Assembly (NCBI GenBank): GCA_963664225.1
Contig: OY760937.1
Location: 2,336,001 to 2,400,000 of the forward strand
DNA: 64,000 nt
Source of the DNA: Verrucomicrobiia bacterium
Lineage (GTDB): Bacteria > Verrucomicrobiota > Verrucomicrobiia > Limisphaerales > UBA1319
Direction of reading: 5' to 3'
Part shown: one piece after another, positions 36,581 through 45,449 of the stretch
Position numbering within the stretch: position 1 is the stretch's first letter
Layout: every line of letters begins with the position of its first letter
Notes under the pieces: generated by a model
Seen by the model: the letters and a program-made list of their open reading frames with translations, nothing else
Database searches by the model: none
What the model was told of the DNA's origin: nothing
Translations under genes and position numbers: made by a program

Positions 36581-39500
36581 CTATGGCACCAGAACCAAAC
36601 GGAAGAAATTTCGAGCGACCGGGGTTTTGACAAGGACGCGCTTCTGGGTGGTGGTGGCGGTGACGTTCGTTTCTGTCTGCCAGGCGACACCGAATTCGAC
36701 CGTGCTTTGGATTCCATACTTTTTTCCCGGCACCGTCTGGAAATAGAGGGCTTTCACATCGGAACCAATGGCGGTTTTGTCCGCATCCACCAGGTCGTTG
36801 GTGCGAGGATCACTTTCAAAAACCAGTTTCGAAGCCGGATTGGTGGGATCAGTTCCCGCCTGCATCTCGGCCAGATTGCTCATGCCGTCATGGTCAGGAT
36901 CATCATTAGCAGCACTGGCGGCAGGAAACAGATCCGGCAATCCCACGATTCTTGCCCATTCGAGATACGAAGGGGTCCATAATGCCGTCGGTTTATCCGC
37001 ATAGGTGGCCCGCCAACCCGTGGTTCCAGCGCGATGATACACCGTCAGGTCCGGGTCATTGACAAACAGGCCGACAGGTTCAGGTTCTGGCGCATTTCCC
37101 TCGAAGTACACACTCGTCAGGCGAGTGCAATAAGCAAACGCCCAGGAGTCAATGCTCGTAACGCTGCGTGGGATCGTGATGGTGGCCAAGTCAGTGCAGG
37201 CAGCGAACGCATAGTCTCCGATATTGACGGTGTGATTGCCTAATGTGACGTTTGTAAGCCCGGTGCAGGACGCAAACGCCGCCCACTCGATGTTTGTAAC
37301 GCTGTTGGGGATCGTGACGCTGGTCAGTCTTGTGCAATAATTGAACACATGAGACAGGATGGTGCTGACGCCATTGCCCATTGTGACAGTGGCCAGGTTG
37401 GTGCAGGATGAAAGTGCAGAGATGCCAATGGTAGTGACGCTGTCAGGGATTGCGATGCCGTTCAGGCTGGTGCAGTTAAAGAACGCATATTCACCGATGC
37501 TGATCACGCTGTTGGGGATCGTGACGCTTGACAGGTTGGTGCAGTAATCAAACGCCCGCGTCCCAATGCTTCTGACGCTGTTGCCAATCGTTACATTGGT
37601 CAGGCTCGCGCAGTTGCTGAATGCATAATCCACAATATTGGTTGCGCTGTCGGGAATCGTATAGCTGCCGGATCGTCCCTCCGGACAAAAAAGGAGCGAT
37701 TGAATGTTCTTGTCGAATAACACTCCACCCACGCTGGCATAAACGGGGTTCAGCACGTCAACGTCCATGGCGGCGAGGCTCCTGCAGCCGGGGAATGCAG
37801 CCCTGCCGATGCTGAGGACGCCACTACCAATCAGGGCGTTGGTGAGGCTGGCGCAGTTATAAAACGCGCCATAACCAATGTTTGTCACGCTGTTGGGGAT
37901 CGTAATGCTGCTCAAGCTAACGCAGTCCTCGAACGCGCCATTCCCAATGGCGACCACGCTGTCAGGAATCGTGATGCCCGACAGGCTGCCGCAGTTTTGA
38001 AACACCTGATACCCGATGCTCATCAGGCTGTCGGGGATTGTGATGGTTGACAGATTGGTGCAATCTGCAAACGTCTGGTTCCCGATGTTGAGGACATTGT
38101 TTCCCATATCGACGCGGGTCAGGTTGCGGCAGCTATTGAAGGCGGCATCGGCTATGTTGGTCACGCTGTTGGGAATCGCATAGCTGCCGGAGCGTCCGCA
38201 CGGAAACTGGATGAGTGTCCTGATGTCCCTATCGAATAACACTCCATCCACGCCGGCAAGAAAAGAGTTGAGCGGATCCACGGTGATATTTGTGAGGCTC
38301 GCACAATTAAGGAGGGCGTGATCCCCAACGCTCCTGACGCTGCCGCCGATCATAATGTTGGTCAGGGCGGTGCAATTAAAGAATGTATAGTCCTTGATGC
38401 CGGGGACGCCGTTGGGAATCGTGACGCTGGTCAGACTGGTGCAGTAATCGAACGCAGCGGATCCGATGTTGGTCACACTATTTGGAATAGTAACGCCGGG
38501 AATGTTGGAGCAGCCATAGAAGGCATCATCCCCGATGCTGGTCACACTGTTGCCGAGCGAGAGATTGGTCATGCTCTCGCAGGAAAAGTACGCATGATCG
38601 CCGATTCTAATCACGCTGTCAGGAAGTATGGCGCTGCTTAGGCGGGTGCAGTATGAGAACGCATTGCTGCCAATGTTCCTGACACTATCGCCGATCGCGG
38701 CGATGGTCAGGCTGCGGCAGTTGTAGAACGCCCAACTCCCGATATTGGTCACACTATCGGGGACCGCAACACTGATCAGGCCGGTGCAATTATAGAACGC
38801 ATTATCCTGAATGTTGTTCACACTGTCACCCATCGTAAGGTGCGCCAGACTGGTGCAGTTAAAGAACGCCCAATTACCAATGTTGGTCACACCATCGGGG
38901 ATCGTGACACTGGTCAGGGCGGGGCGGTTATAGAAGGCATTATCACCGATGCTCCTGACCGGAAGACCGTTGATGGCACTGGGAATGACCACCGCGGTGT
39001 CGGTGCCGGTGTAGCTGGCGATCGTGATCGTGCCGTTGTTCCTGGTGTAAACATAGTCTTTGGGCTGCGGAACGAGGGATGCGCCCACGATGAGGCAGTG
39101 ATTCCCGGCATCCGCCACAACAAGCATTCCCGTGGGATCCACCGCGACGCCGATCGGAAGATTGAACCGCGCGTCGGGTCCAACGCCACTGTTTGTGCCG
39201 GTGACTCCGGGAGTGCCGCCTATGGTGGTCACCACGCCTAGCGTCGTCACTTTGCGGATCACATGGTTGCCTTCATCAGTCACGAATACATTGCCCTGGT
39301 CGTCCACCGCCAGACCGCTGGGGCGGTCAAACCGGGCTGCGCTGCCCGTGCCATCGGCCCATCCGGATGTGGGACTGCCCGCGAGTGTTGTGACCATTCC
39401 TTCCGGTGTCACTTTGCGAATCGCATTGTTGCCCCGATCCCCCACGAAGAGATTTCCCCCGCCGTCCACAGCAACGGCGCTGGGTTTGTCGAACAGGGCC

Positions 39501-40270
39501 GCGTTGCCTGTTCCGTCAGCGAAGCCACGAACGCCAGGGCTGCCGGCCAGAGTTGACACGACACCTGCAGGGGTCACCTTTCGGATCACGAAGTTGTCCT
39601 GGTCCGCCACGAAGAGGTTGCCTTGGCCATCCACCGCAATGCCTTCAGGAGCGTTAAACCGGGCGTTGCTGCCAGTGGCATCGATCCAGCCAGGGTTGCC
39701 CGCACTGCCCGCAAGCGTCGTGACCACCCCGGCTTGTGTCACTTTGCGAATCGTGTGGCTGCCCCAGTCAGACACGAAGACGTTCCCATTTGTGTCCACC
39801 GCAACGGCGTGAGGTTGATTAAACCGCGCCGCACGGCCGGTTCCGTCGTTGGTGCCGGAGACGCCTGCCATCCCCGCCAGGGTTGTTACTATACCATAAC
39901 GGGTGATCTTGCGAATGGTGTGGTTCAAGACATCCGCCACATAGACATTGGTTGCAATGTCCAGCGCCGGGCCGATGGGAGTGTTAAACCGCGCAGCGGC
40001 ACCCACGCCATCGTTGGTCCCGGACACACCGGGCATGCCGACAAAGTTGTTGAAGATGTATTGCCCATTCACCGTTCCGCATTGCGCCAGACAGAAAAGT
40101 GCAACCAGGGTAGCCATCAATTGAAAATGGCTTTTGATAATTGGTAATATCCCGGGATCAAATTGATTGCGGCGTTTGTGGTCTCTCTTTGAATACGCGG
40201 CGGCCTGGAAGCGCGGCGATTTTCCTGCCCGGTTCTGCGCAGTGGCATTATGAGACGGTGACGGTTCCAT
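36581..40270 (-). CDS. Large surface protein: NHL repeats, BspA-type LRRs, DxDxDG motif and C-terminal FFRL domain (start uncertain)
   Basis: About 6 ARFNxPxGxAVD repeats, more than 20 IPxSVxxIGxxAFxxC repeats, DDPDHDGMSNLAEMQAGTDP, ends NFFRLVLVP. Confidence 0.9.
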   Translation of the reverse strand: MEPSPSHNATAQNRAGKSPRFQAAAYSKRDHKRRNQFDPGILPIIKSHFQLMATLVALFCLAQCGTVNGQYIFNNFVGMPGVSGTNDGVGAAARFNTPIGPALDIATNVYVADVLNHTIRKITRYGIVTTLAGMAGVSGTNDGTGRAARFNQPHAVAVDTNGNVFVSDWGSHTIRKVTQAGVVTTLAGSAGNPGWIDATGSNARFNAPEGIAVDGQGNLFVADQDNFVIRKVTPAGVVSTLAGSPGVRGFADGTGNAALFDKPSAVAVDGGGNLFVGDRGNNAIRKVTPEGMVTTLAGSPTSGWADGTGSAARFDRPSGLAVDDQGNVFVTDEGNHVIRKVTTLGVVTTIGGTPGVTGTNSGVGPDARFNLPIGVAVDPTGMLVVADAGNHCLIVGASLVPQPKDYVYTRNNGTITIASYTGTDTAVVIPSAINGLPVRSIGDNAFYNRPALTSVTIPDGVTNIGNWAFFNCTSLAHLTMGDSVNNIQDNAFYNCTGLISVAVPDSVTNIGSWAFYNCRSLTIAAIGDSVRNIGSNAFSYCTRLSSAILPDSVIRIGDHAYFSCESMTNLSLGNSVTSIGDDAFYGCSNIPGVTIPNSVTNIGSAAFDYCTSLTSVTIPNGVPGIKDYTFFNCTALTNIMIGGSVRSVGDHALLNCASLTNITVDPLNSFLAGVDGVLFDRDIRTLIQFPCGRSGSYAIPNSVTNIADAAFNSCRNLTRVDMGNNVLNIGNQTFADCTNLSTITIPDSLMSIGYQVFQNCGSLSGITIPDSVVAIGNGAFEDCVSLSSITIPNSVTNIGYGAFYNCASLTNALIGSGVLSIGRAAFPGCRSLAAMDVDVLNPVYASVGGVLFDKNIQSLLFCPEGRSGSYTIPDSATNIVDYAFSNCASLTNVTIGNSVRSIGTRAFDYCTNLSSVTIPNSVISIGEYAFFNCTSLNGIAIPDSVTTIGISALSSCTNLATVTMGNGVSTILSHVFNYCTRLTSVTIPNSVTNIEWAAFASCTGLTNVTLGNHTVNIGDYAFAACTDLATITIPRSVTSIDSWAFAYCTRLTSVYFEGNAPEPEPVGLFVNDPDLTVYHRAGTTGWRATYADKPTALWTPSYLEWARIVGLPDLFPAASAANDDPDHDGMSNLAEMQAGTDPTNPASKLVFESDPRTNDLVDADKTAIGSDVKALYFQTVPGKKYGIQSTVEFGVAWQTETNVTATTTQKRVLVKTPVARNFFRLVLVP

Positions 40271-40428
40271 GAGCTAAAAGCGTCCTACTTATTGCATAAC
40301 ACAATATGACACCATCAATGGACCATTGTCGATGCATATCCTTTCTGGAGACCCTGCGCAAATGGGCTGTGGCCGTGCAAGCAATGTTGTCGCTTTATGC
40401 AGTCGGTGGAGGGTTGCGCGCTTCAACC

Positions 40429-42669
40429 TCATCCCCAACCCAGTGCGCGGCCTCCATGCCAGATCACGAAGGCGAAGGCCCAGGCCAGAGCTCCCATATA
40501 GAGCCATTGAAAGATCGGCCACTTCCAGGAATTGGTCTCGCGCCGCACCACCGCCACGGTGCTCACGCATTGCAGGGCGAACACGTAGAAAACCATGAGG
40601 GTCACCGCCGTGAGGGCCGAGAACATGGGCGTGCCGTCCGGTCGTTTCTGTTCGCGCATGGTCAACGCCAGACCCTGGGTCGCCTCGTCCGATTTGCCCT
40701 GGGAGCTGACGCTATAAACGGTGGACATGGTGCTGACAAACACCTCCCGCGCGGCGAACGACGCCACGATGCCGATGCCGATTTTCCAGTCGAACCCGAG
40801 CGGGGCAATCGCCGGTTCGATCAAGTGCCCCAGCCGTCCGGCGAAGCTGTGCTGCAGCCGGGCCGAGGATTGTTCCGTGTTGATTCGGTCCAATTGCTCC
40901 TGCACCGCCTGCGGGTTTGCGTTGGGAACCGCAGCCTGGGTTTTGACCACGTCACGCCGGGCCTCGAAGGAGTGTTCCAACTCGGAGTTCCGGGGATAGG
41001 TGGCCAGAAACCAGAGGAGGATGTTGATGCCCAGAATCACCGTGCCGGCTTTTTTGAGAAACAGTTGCGCGCGCTCCCAGACGTGGCGCAGCACCAATTT
41101 AAGGGAAGGTCGCTTGTAGGGCGGCAATTCGAGAATAAGCAGCGGCGGGGCGCTTTTTAAAATCGTTCGCTTGAACAGCCAGGCCATGGCCAGCGCCGTG
41201 ACTGTTCCCAGAAAATACATCGACAGCATCACCAGCCCGGGCAGCTTGAGAAACCCCAGGACTTGGATGTTGGGAATGCTCGTGGCGATCAGGAGCGTGT
41301 AAACGGGCAGGCGCGCCGAGCAACTCATCAGCGGCGAGACCAGAATGGTGACCAGGCGGTCCTTGGGGCTTTCAATCGTGCGCGCGGCCATGATGCCGGG
41401 AATGGCGCAGGCATAGGAGCTGAGCATGGGGATGAAACTTTTCCCGTGCAGCCCCACCTTGCTCATCAGACGGTCCATGATGAACGCCGCGCGCGCCATG
41501 TAACCCGTATCCTCTAAAACACCGATGCACAAAAACAGCAGGCAGATTTGCGGCAGAAACACCACCACGGCGCCCGCGCCTGCGATCGCGCCGTCGATCA
41601 ACAGGCTGTGCAAATCCCCCGGCGGAATCAGCCGCCCAAGCTGGGTGCCAATCCACGAAACGCCGGCATCCAGAAGTTCCATGGGCAGACGGGCCAGGGA
41701 GAAAATGCTCTGAAACATCAGGGCCATCACCAGCGCAAAAATCACCAGACCCCAGACTTTATGGGTCAGCACACGGTCGAGCTTGTCGCTGTAGGTCGGC
41801 TGGTAGTCGATGGTGGAGGTGACATTCTCCGCGTAGATGGCCGAGGCTTGGGCATGACGGCCTTCAATGCCCGCGGTGTTCCAGTTCACACCCTGCTTCT
41901 CCAGCCGCGCGCGCGCCTCTTCCACATCCCGGAGCACCTCCTGAGAATACATGGCTTGAGCGGACTTTTCGGTGGCGGGATTGCCCAGCAGGATCAGCGC
42001 CTCACTGCGCGCCGGAGTCGCGCAGCGTCTTCCCGCCTCCTCCAGCCGCACCGCCAGCCGGTCCACTTCCGAGCGGAATGCCGGGGGCACGTCGCAAAAC
42101 AAATCCGGCCGCGACACGCCGTTGGGGACCTTGACGCAATTCAGGATGGCGTCGCGAAGTTCAGGAATGCCCTTGTCTTTGCTGGCGATCATGGGCACCA
42201 CGGTCGCCTTGAGCCGGAGCGCCAGCCCGTAAAGGTCGATTTTCTGGCCGTTGGTCTCGGCCACATCCATCATGTTCAGGGCCAGAATGGTGGGATAGCC
42301 CAGTTCGATCACCTGGGTGACAAAGTAAAGATTGCGCTCGAGATTCGAGGCGTCGGCCACCACCACGACGGCCTGGGGCGGGGGCACCTCGTCCAGTCGA
42401 TTGAACAGCACGTCCCGGGCAATCTGCTCATCCAGGGATTGCGGACTGAGGCTGTAGGCCCCCGGGAGGTCGAGCACCATCACCGTTTCCCCGGGAGGGG
42501 TGCCCTGCAGCCGGCCTTCCTTGCGTTCGACGGTCACTCCGGCGTAGTTCCCCACCTTAGCGCGCAATCCCGTCAGGGCATTAAAAATCGTGGTTTTTCC
42601 ACAATTTGGATTTCCCGTAAGAATGACCCAGGAGGGTTGCGCTGATTTCGCGGCTTTATCGGCAGTCAT
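40429..42669 (-). CDS. feoB: Ferrous iron transporter B
   Basis: GNPNCGKT, NYAGVTVE, DLPG, NMMD and MSCSARLPVY. Confidence 0.96.
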   Translation of the reverse strand: MTADKAAKSAQPSWVILTGNPNCGKTTIFNALTGLRAKVGNYAGVTVERKEGRLQGTPPGETVMVLDLPGAYSLSPQSLDEQIARDVLFNRLDEVPPPQAVVVVADASNLERNLYFVTQVIELGYPTILALNMMDVAETNGQKIDLYGLALRLKATVVPMIASKDKGIPELRDAILNCVKVPNGVSRPDLFCDVPPAFRSEVDRLAVRLEEAGRRCATPARSEALILLGNPATEKSAQAMYSQEVLRDVEEARARLEKQGVNWNTAGIEGRHAQASAIYAENVTSTIDYQPTYSDKLDRVLTHKVWGLVIFALVMALMFQSIFSLARLPMELLDAGVSWIGTQLGRLIPPGDLHSLLIDGAIAGAGAVVVFLPQICLLFLCIGVLEDTGYMARAAFIMDRLMSKVGLHGKSFIPMLSSYACAIPGIMAARTIESPKDRLVTILVSPLMSCSARLPVYTLLIATSIPNIQVLGFLKLPGLVMLSMYFLGTVTALAMAWLFKRTILKSAPPLLILELPPYKRPSLKLVLRHVWERAQLFLKKAGTVILGINILLWFLATYPRNSELEHSFEARRDVVKTQAAVPNANPQAVQEQLDRINTEQSSARLQHSFAGRLGHLIEPAIAPLGFDWKIGIGIVASFAAREVFVSTMSTVYSVSSQGKSDEATQGLALTMREQKRPDGTPMFSALTAVTLMVFYVFALQCVSTVAVVRRETNSWKWPIFQWLYMGALAWAFAFVIWHGGRALGWG

Positions 42670-42687
42670 GAAATTTTCCCAACGCCC

Positions 42688-42927
42688 TTATTTCAAGCCC
42701 ACCCGGATTTGCCCGGCCTCATGCCGCCGCAATGTGAGATGCGAACCCCGAAACTTGATTTCCACCGGATCGCCCAGCGGCGCGAAACGAACGACTTCCA
42801 CCGCTGTCCCCGCCACAAGACCCAGCTCCATGAGCCGCGTGCGGATTTCCGGCGGCAGATTCACCTCTTTAACGATCACTGCGGCGCCGACTGGCACCTC
42901 GCTTAAAAATTGAAATTCGCCCGGCAT
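42688..42927 (-). CDS. feoA: FeoA family protein
   Basis: RLMELGL..G...VVRFAPLGDPVEI..RG..LTLRRHEA. Confidence 0.92.
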   Translation of the reverse strand: MPGEFQFLSEVPVGAAVIVKEVNLPPEIRTRLMELGLVAGTAVEVVRFAPLGDPVEIKFRGSHLTLRRHEAGQIRVGLK

Positions 42928-43023
42928 AATCGATGAATATAGTCCCGGAGCGTTCTCCGGCAAAGAAACAAAAACGAACAAGGCCGCCGGAACCTAGAAT
43001 ATCAGGCGGCTTGCAACCCGGCG

Positions 43024-43329
43024 CTATGCGGCCTTCGCAGTGGGTTTGTGAACCGGATCCGGCTCGACCATGATTTTCTCCGCCAGATCCGCGCTGAGTC
43101 CCACGCGCATATTGCACACCTGACAGATGATGCTCGCGCTTTGGGCCAGCAGGCGCACCTGCTTTTCCTCGCCCAACCCCATCTCCCTGAGGCGATGATT
43201 GACCTCGGGCGGGGCCGAAAGTCGTTTGATGCGGACCCGCGCACCCTCTTTGACCTGGCTCAAGGGACAGGCCAGCGGATTGGCGCAATGCAACTCGGTC
43301 GGTCGGCGTGTGAAATTCTTATCGTTCAC
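43024..43329 (-). CDS. feoA: Second FeoA family protein
   Basis: PLSQV..G....IKRL...HRLREMGL...RVGLSADLAEKIMV. Confidence 0.85.
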   Translation of the reverse strand: MNDKNFTRRPTELHCANPLACPLSQVKEGARVRIKRLSAPPEVNHRLREMGLGEEKQVRLLAQSASIICQVCNMRVGLSADLAEKIMVEPDPVHKPTAKAA

Positions 43330-43350
43330 TGGTGAGTGACATTAATGATA

Positions 43351-43367
43351 TTGAGACCTAATTGCAA
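43351..43367. promoter_or_regulatory. Fur-like operator upstream of feoA
   Basis: Imperfect palindrome TTGAGACCTAATTGCAA in AT-rich DNA about 20 bp upstream of feoA. Confidence 0.5.
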
Positions 43368-43386
43368 GAAGCTTTCGGGCCCGGTC

Positions 43387-43400
43387 TTGATTTGCGTCAA
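43387..43400. promoter_or_regulatory. FNR/Crp-family box upstream of feoA
   Basis: TTGAT-TTGC-GTCAA, one mismatch to TTGAT-N4-ATCAA. Confidence 0.55.
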
Positions 43401-43619
43401 TTCCGCAGCCTTTGCAAGTTTCGATTGATTCGCCTCTATTGCCCGAGTGCAGGACAAAATTCTTCGGTGAAAGGGCCAGAACCTAATATTATTGAACCTC
43501 CTCTCCCCATCCCTCTCCTCCATGGGCATGGAGGAGAGGGCTGGAGTTTGGCCCCGGACTAGACAAACCGCTGGTGGGATTATTATTTTGTTGCGCGTGG
43601 TCTAGTTATGTGACTAGAT

Positions 43620-43853
43620 ATGGCCACTATGGGTTATCCAACTAAAGTCCAGCTCATCCAACGCAAGCAAAGCCAGCAATGGTACATCAACTTCCCCTCC
43701 GCCATCGCCCAGGCCATGGATTTCGACAAGGGAGAGGATGTCCGGTGGACCATTGCCGACAAAGGTCACCTCATTCTCTCGCGCGACCAGGTCCCCCCCA
43801 ACCCGGTCGCTTTAAAAAAAACGCCTCCCTCCTCGACCAAATCGAGGAGCTGA
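43620..43853 (+). CDS. IS OrfA, AbrB/MazE-like DNA-binding domain
   Basis: KVQLIQRKQSQQWYINFPSAIAQAMDFDKGEDVRW fits the swapped-hairpin pattern. Confidence 0.7.
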   Translation: MATMGYPTKVQLIQRKQSQQWYINFPSAIAQAMDFDKGEDVRWTIADKGHLILSRDQVPPNPVALKKTPPSSTKSRS

Positions 43854-45256
43854 TCGATCTATGTGCTCCCGGCTTCTCTTCCCCGCAGGCCTGGGCTCGG
43901 GGCCGCCGCCATCTGCTTTCCCAGTTGGTGTGCTTCGGCCGCCACACCATTACAGGGCTCTTGCGCAATCAAAACCGCACCCAACAGGATTGGACGGCCG
44001 ATTACCGCTTCTATTCCGAGGATCATTTCGACGAGGACTGGGTTTTCGACCGGATCCGCGCCCAAATCGAGCAGGACTTCCCGTCCAAGGATCCTCTGGT
44101 CGTGGCCATGGACGACTCGCTCTTGCGCAAAACCGGTCCGCGCATCTTTGGCTCCCGTTTTCAGCGTGATCCCTTGAGCCCCCCATTCCAGGTCAACTTT
44201 GTCCGGGGTCTGCGGGTCCTGCAGATTTCTGCGGCCGTGCCGCTGGGCTCACAAGGGGCGGCACGGATGATTCCGGTGGACTTCCAGCATGCGGCCCTGC
44301 CCGCCAAGCCGCGCAAGGATGCCGCGCCAGAGCGCTGGGCCGCCTACCGGGAGCAACGGGCCAAAATGAATATCAATGTGGCGGGCCGCAATCGCCTGAC
44401 CCACATGCGCCGGCAAATGGATCAAAGCGGTTCGAGCCAGCGGCCGCTGATTGCCACCCTCGATGGCCGCTTCACCAATGGCACCGTTCTGGGGCAGATT
44501 CCGGAGCGGACCACCCTCATTGGCCGCGTGCGCAAGGACTCGGCCTTTTACTTTCCCCCGACAGGGCAGGCCGCGCACGGCCGCAAACGCAAGTATGGGG
44601 CCCACTGCCCCACGCCGGAACAACTGCTCAAGGACCCGGCCCAACCCTGGCAAACCGTGGAGGCCTTTGCGGCAGGCAAACGCTACCAGTTCCGGGTCAA
44701 AACCCTGGCGCCCGTCTACTCGCAGATGGACAAGGCCGGCCACTCCCTGCGTCTGGTCGTCATCGAGCCGGTGGCTTACCGCCGTACCAGGTCCAGCAAG
44801 CTGGAACGGCGCGAACCGGCTTTTCTCATCTGCACTGATCTGAATCTGCCCCTGGAAAAGGTGGTGCAGTTTTATCTCTGGCGATGGGATATCGAAGTCA
44901 ACTTCCGGGATGAGAAAACTCTTCTGGGGGTCGGACAGGCCCAGGTTCGGTCCGAGGCTTCCAATCAGAATGCCCCGGCGCTGGCCGTGGCAGCCTACGC
45001 GCTACTGCTCCTGGGCGCCGTCAAAACCTACGGTGCCGACGGCCAGCCGGAGACCTTCAAACGCCCGTGCTGGTACAAACGTAAGCCCGGCCAGAGAGCC
45101 ACAACCAACGAATTAATCACGCAATTGCGTTATGAACTTTGGGCTACAGCCCTAACCACCCATTTTCTGCCGCTCTCATCAAATACCATTCCCACCCAGA
45201 ACGGCAGAAAATGCGATCCACCACTAGAAGCCGCCATCTTTCTAAGTCTTAACTGA
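43814..45256 (+). CDS. IS OrfB, DDE transposase (IS701/DDE_5-like), probably expressed by -1 frameshift from OrfA
   Basis: VAMDDSLLRKTG, TLDGRF and YLWRWDIEVNFRDEK; A8 run plus downstream hairpin at the overlap. Confidence 0.85.
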   Translation, partial: KKNASLLDQIEELIDLCAPGFSSPQAWARGRRHLLSQLVCFGRHTITGLLRNQNRTQQDWTADYRFYSEDHFDEDWVFDRIRAQIEQDFPSKDPLVVAMDDSLLRKTGPRIFGSRFQRDPLSPPFQVNFVRGLRVLQISAAVPLGSQGAARMIPVDFQHAALPAKPRKDAAPERWAAYREQRAKMNINVAGRNRLTHMRRQMDQSGSSQRPLIATLDGRFTNGTVLGQIPERTTLIGRVRKDSAFYFPPTGQAAHGRKRKYGAHCPTPEQLLKDPAQPWQTVEAFAAGKRYQFRVKTLAPVYSQMDKAGHSLRLVVIEPVAYRRTRSSKLERREPAFLICTDLNLPLEKVVQFYLWRWDIEVNFRDEKTLLGVGQAQVRSEASNQNAPALAVAAYALLLLGAVKTYGADGQPETFKRPCWYKRKPGQRATTNELITQLRYELWATALTTHFLPLSSNTIPTQNGRKCDPPLEAAIFLSLN

Positions 45257-45449
45257 TCGTAAGGGGGCCAAACTCCAGCCCTCTCCTCCATGGGCATGGA
45301 GGAGAGGGGGACGACCGGACCCTCAATTCCATGGCCTGACTGTGTTCAGTCGGCCTATATACTTCCATGTTGGTTAAAAGCCTTTTTCGGCATGCTGAAG
45401 AATTTTGTCCTGCACCTCTATCATCCCATCTCCCCTTTGCCTGCGCGGA

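Larger units (their letters stand above)
43541..45278 (+). mobile_element. IS701-like insertion sequence, 1738 bp, flanked by a 30-bp direct repeat
   Basis: Perfect 15-bp TIR CTGGAGTTTGGCCCC; DR CCCTCTCCTCCATGGGCATGGAGGAGAGGG at 43511-43540 and 45279-45308. Confidence 0.92.
43445..45417. mobile_element. MITE copy C (205 bp when empty), interrupted by the IS701-like element
   Basis: Ends GAGTGCAGGACAAAATTCTTC and GAAGAATTTTGTCCTGCACCT; shares CTGTGTTCAnTCGGCCTATATACT...GGTTAAAAGCCTTTTTC with copy B; degenerate TSD CTATTGCCC / CTATCATCC. Confidence 0.82.

Noticed and set aside
37100..39960. Periodic nucleotide repeats suggesting a CRISPR array or DGR
   Set aside because: They are degenerate coding repeats (LRR and NHL); no identical repeats with spacers, cas genes or reverse transcriptase.
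43679..43813. 525-aa transposase start given by the ORF track
   Set aside because: This N-terminal stretch looks like off-frame translation of OrfA; the frameshift model fits better.
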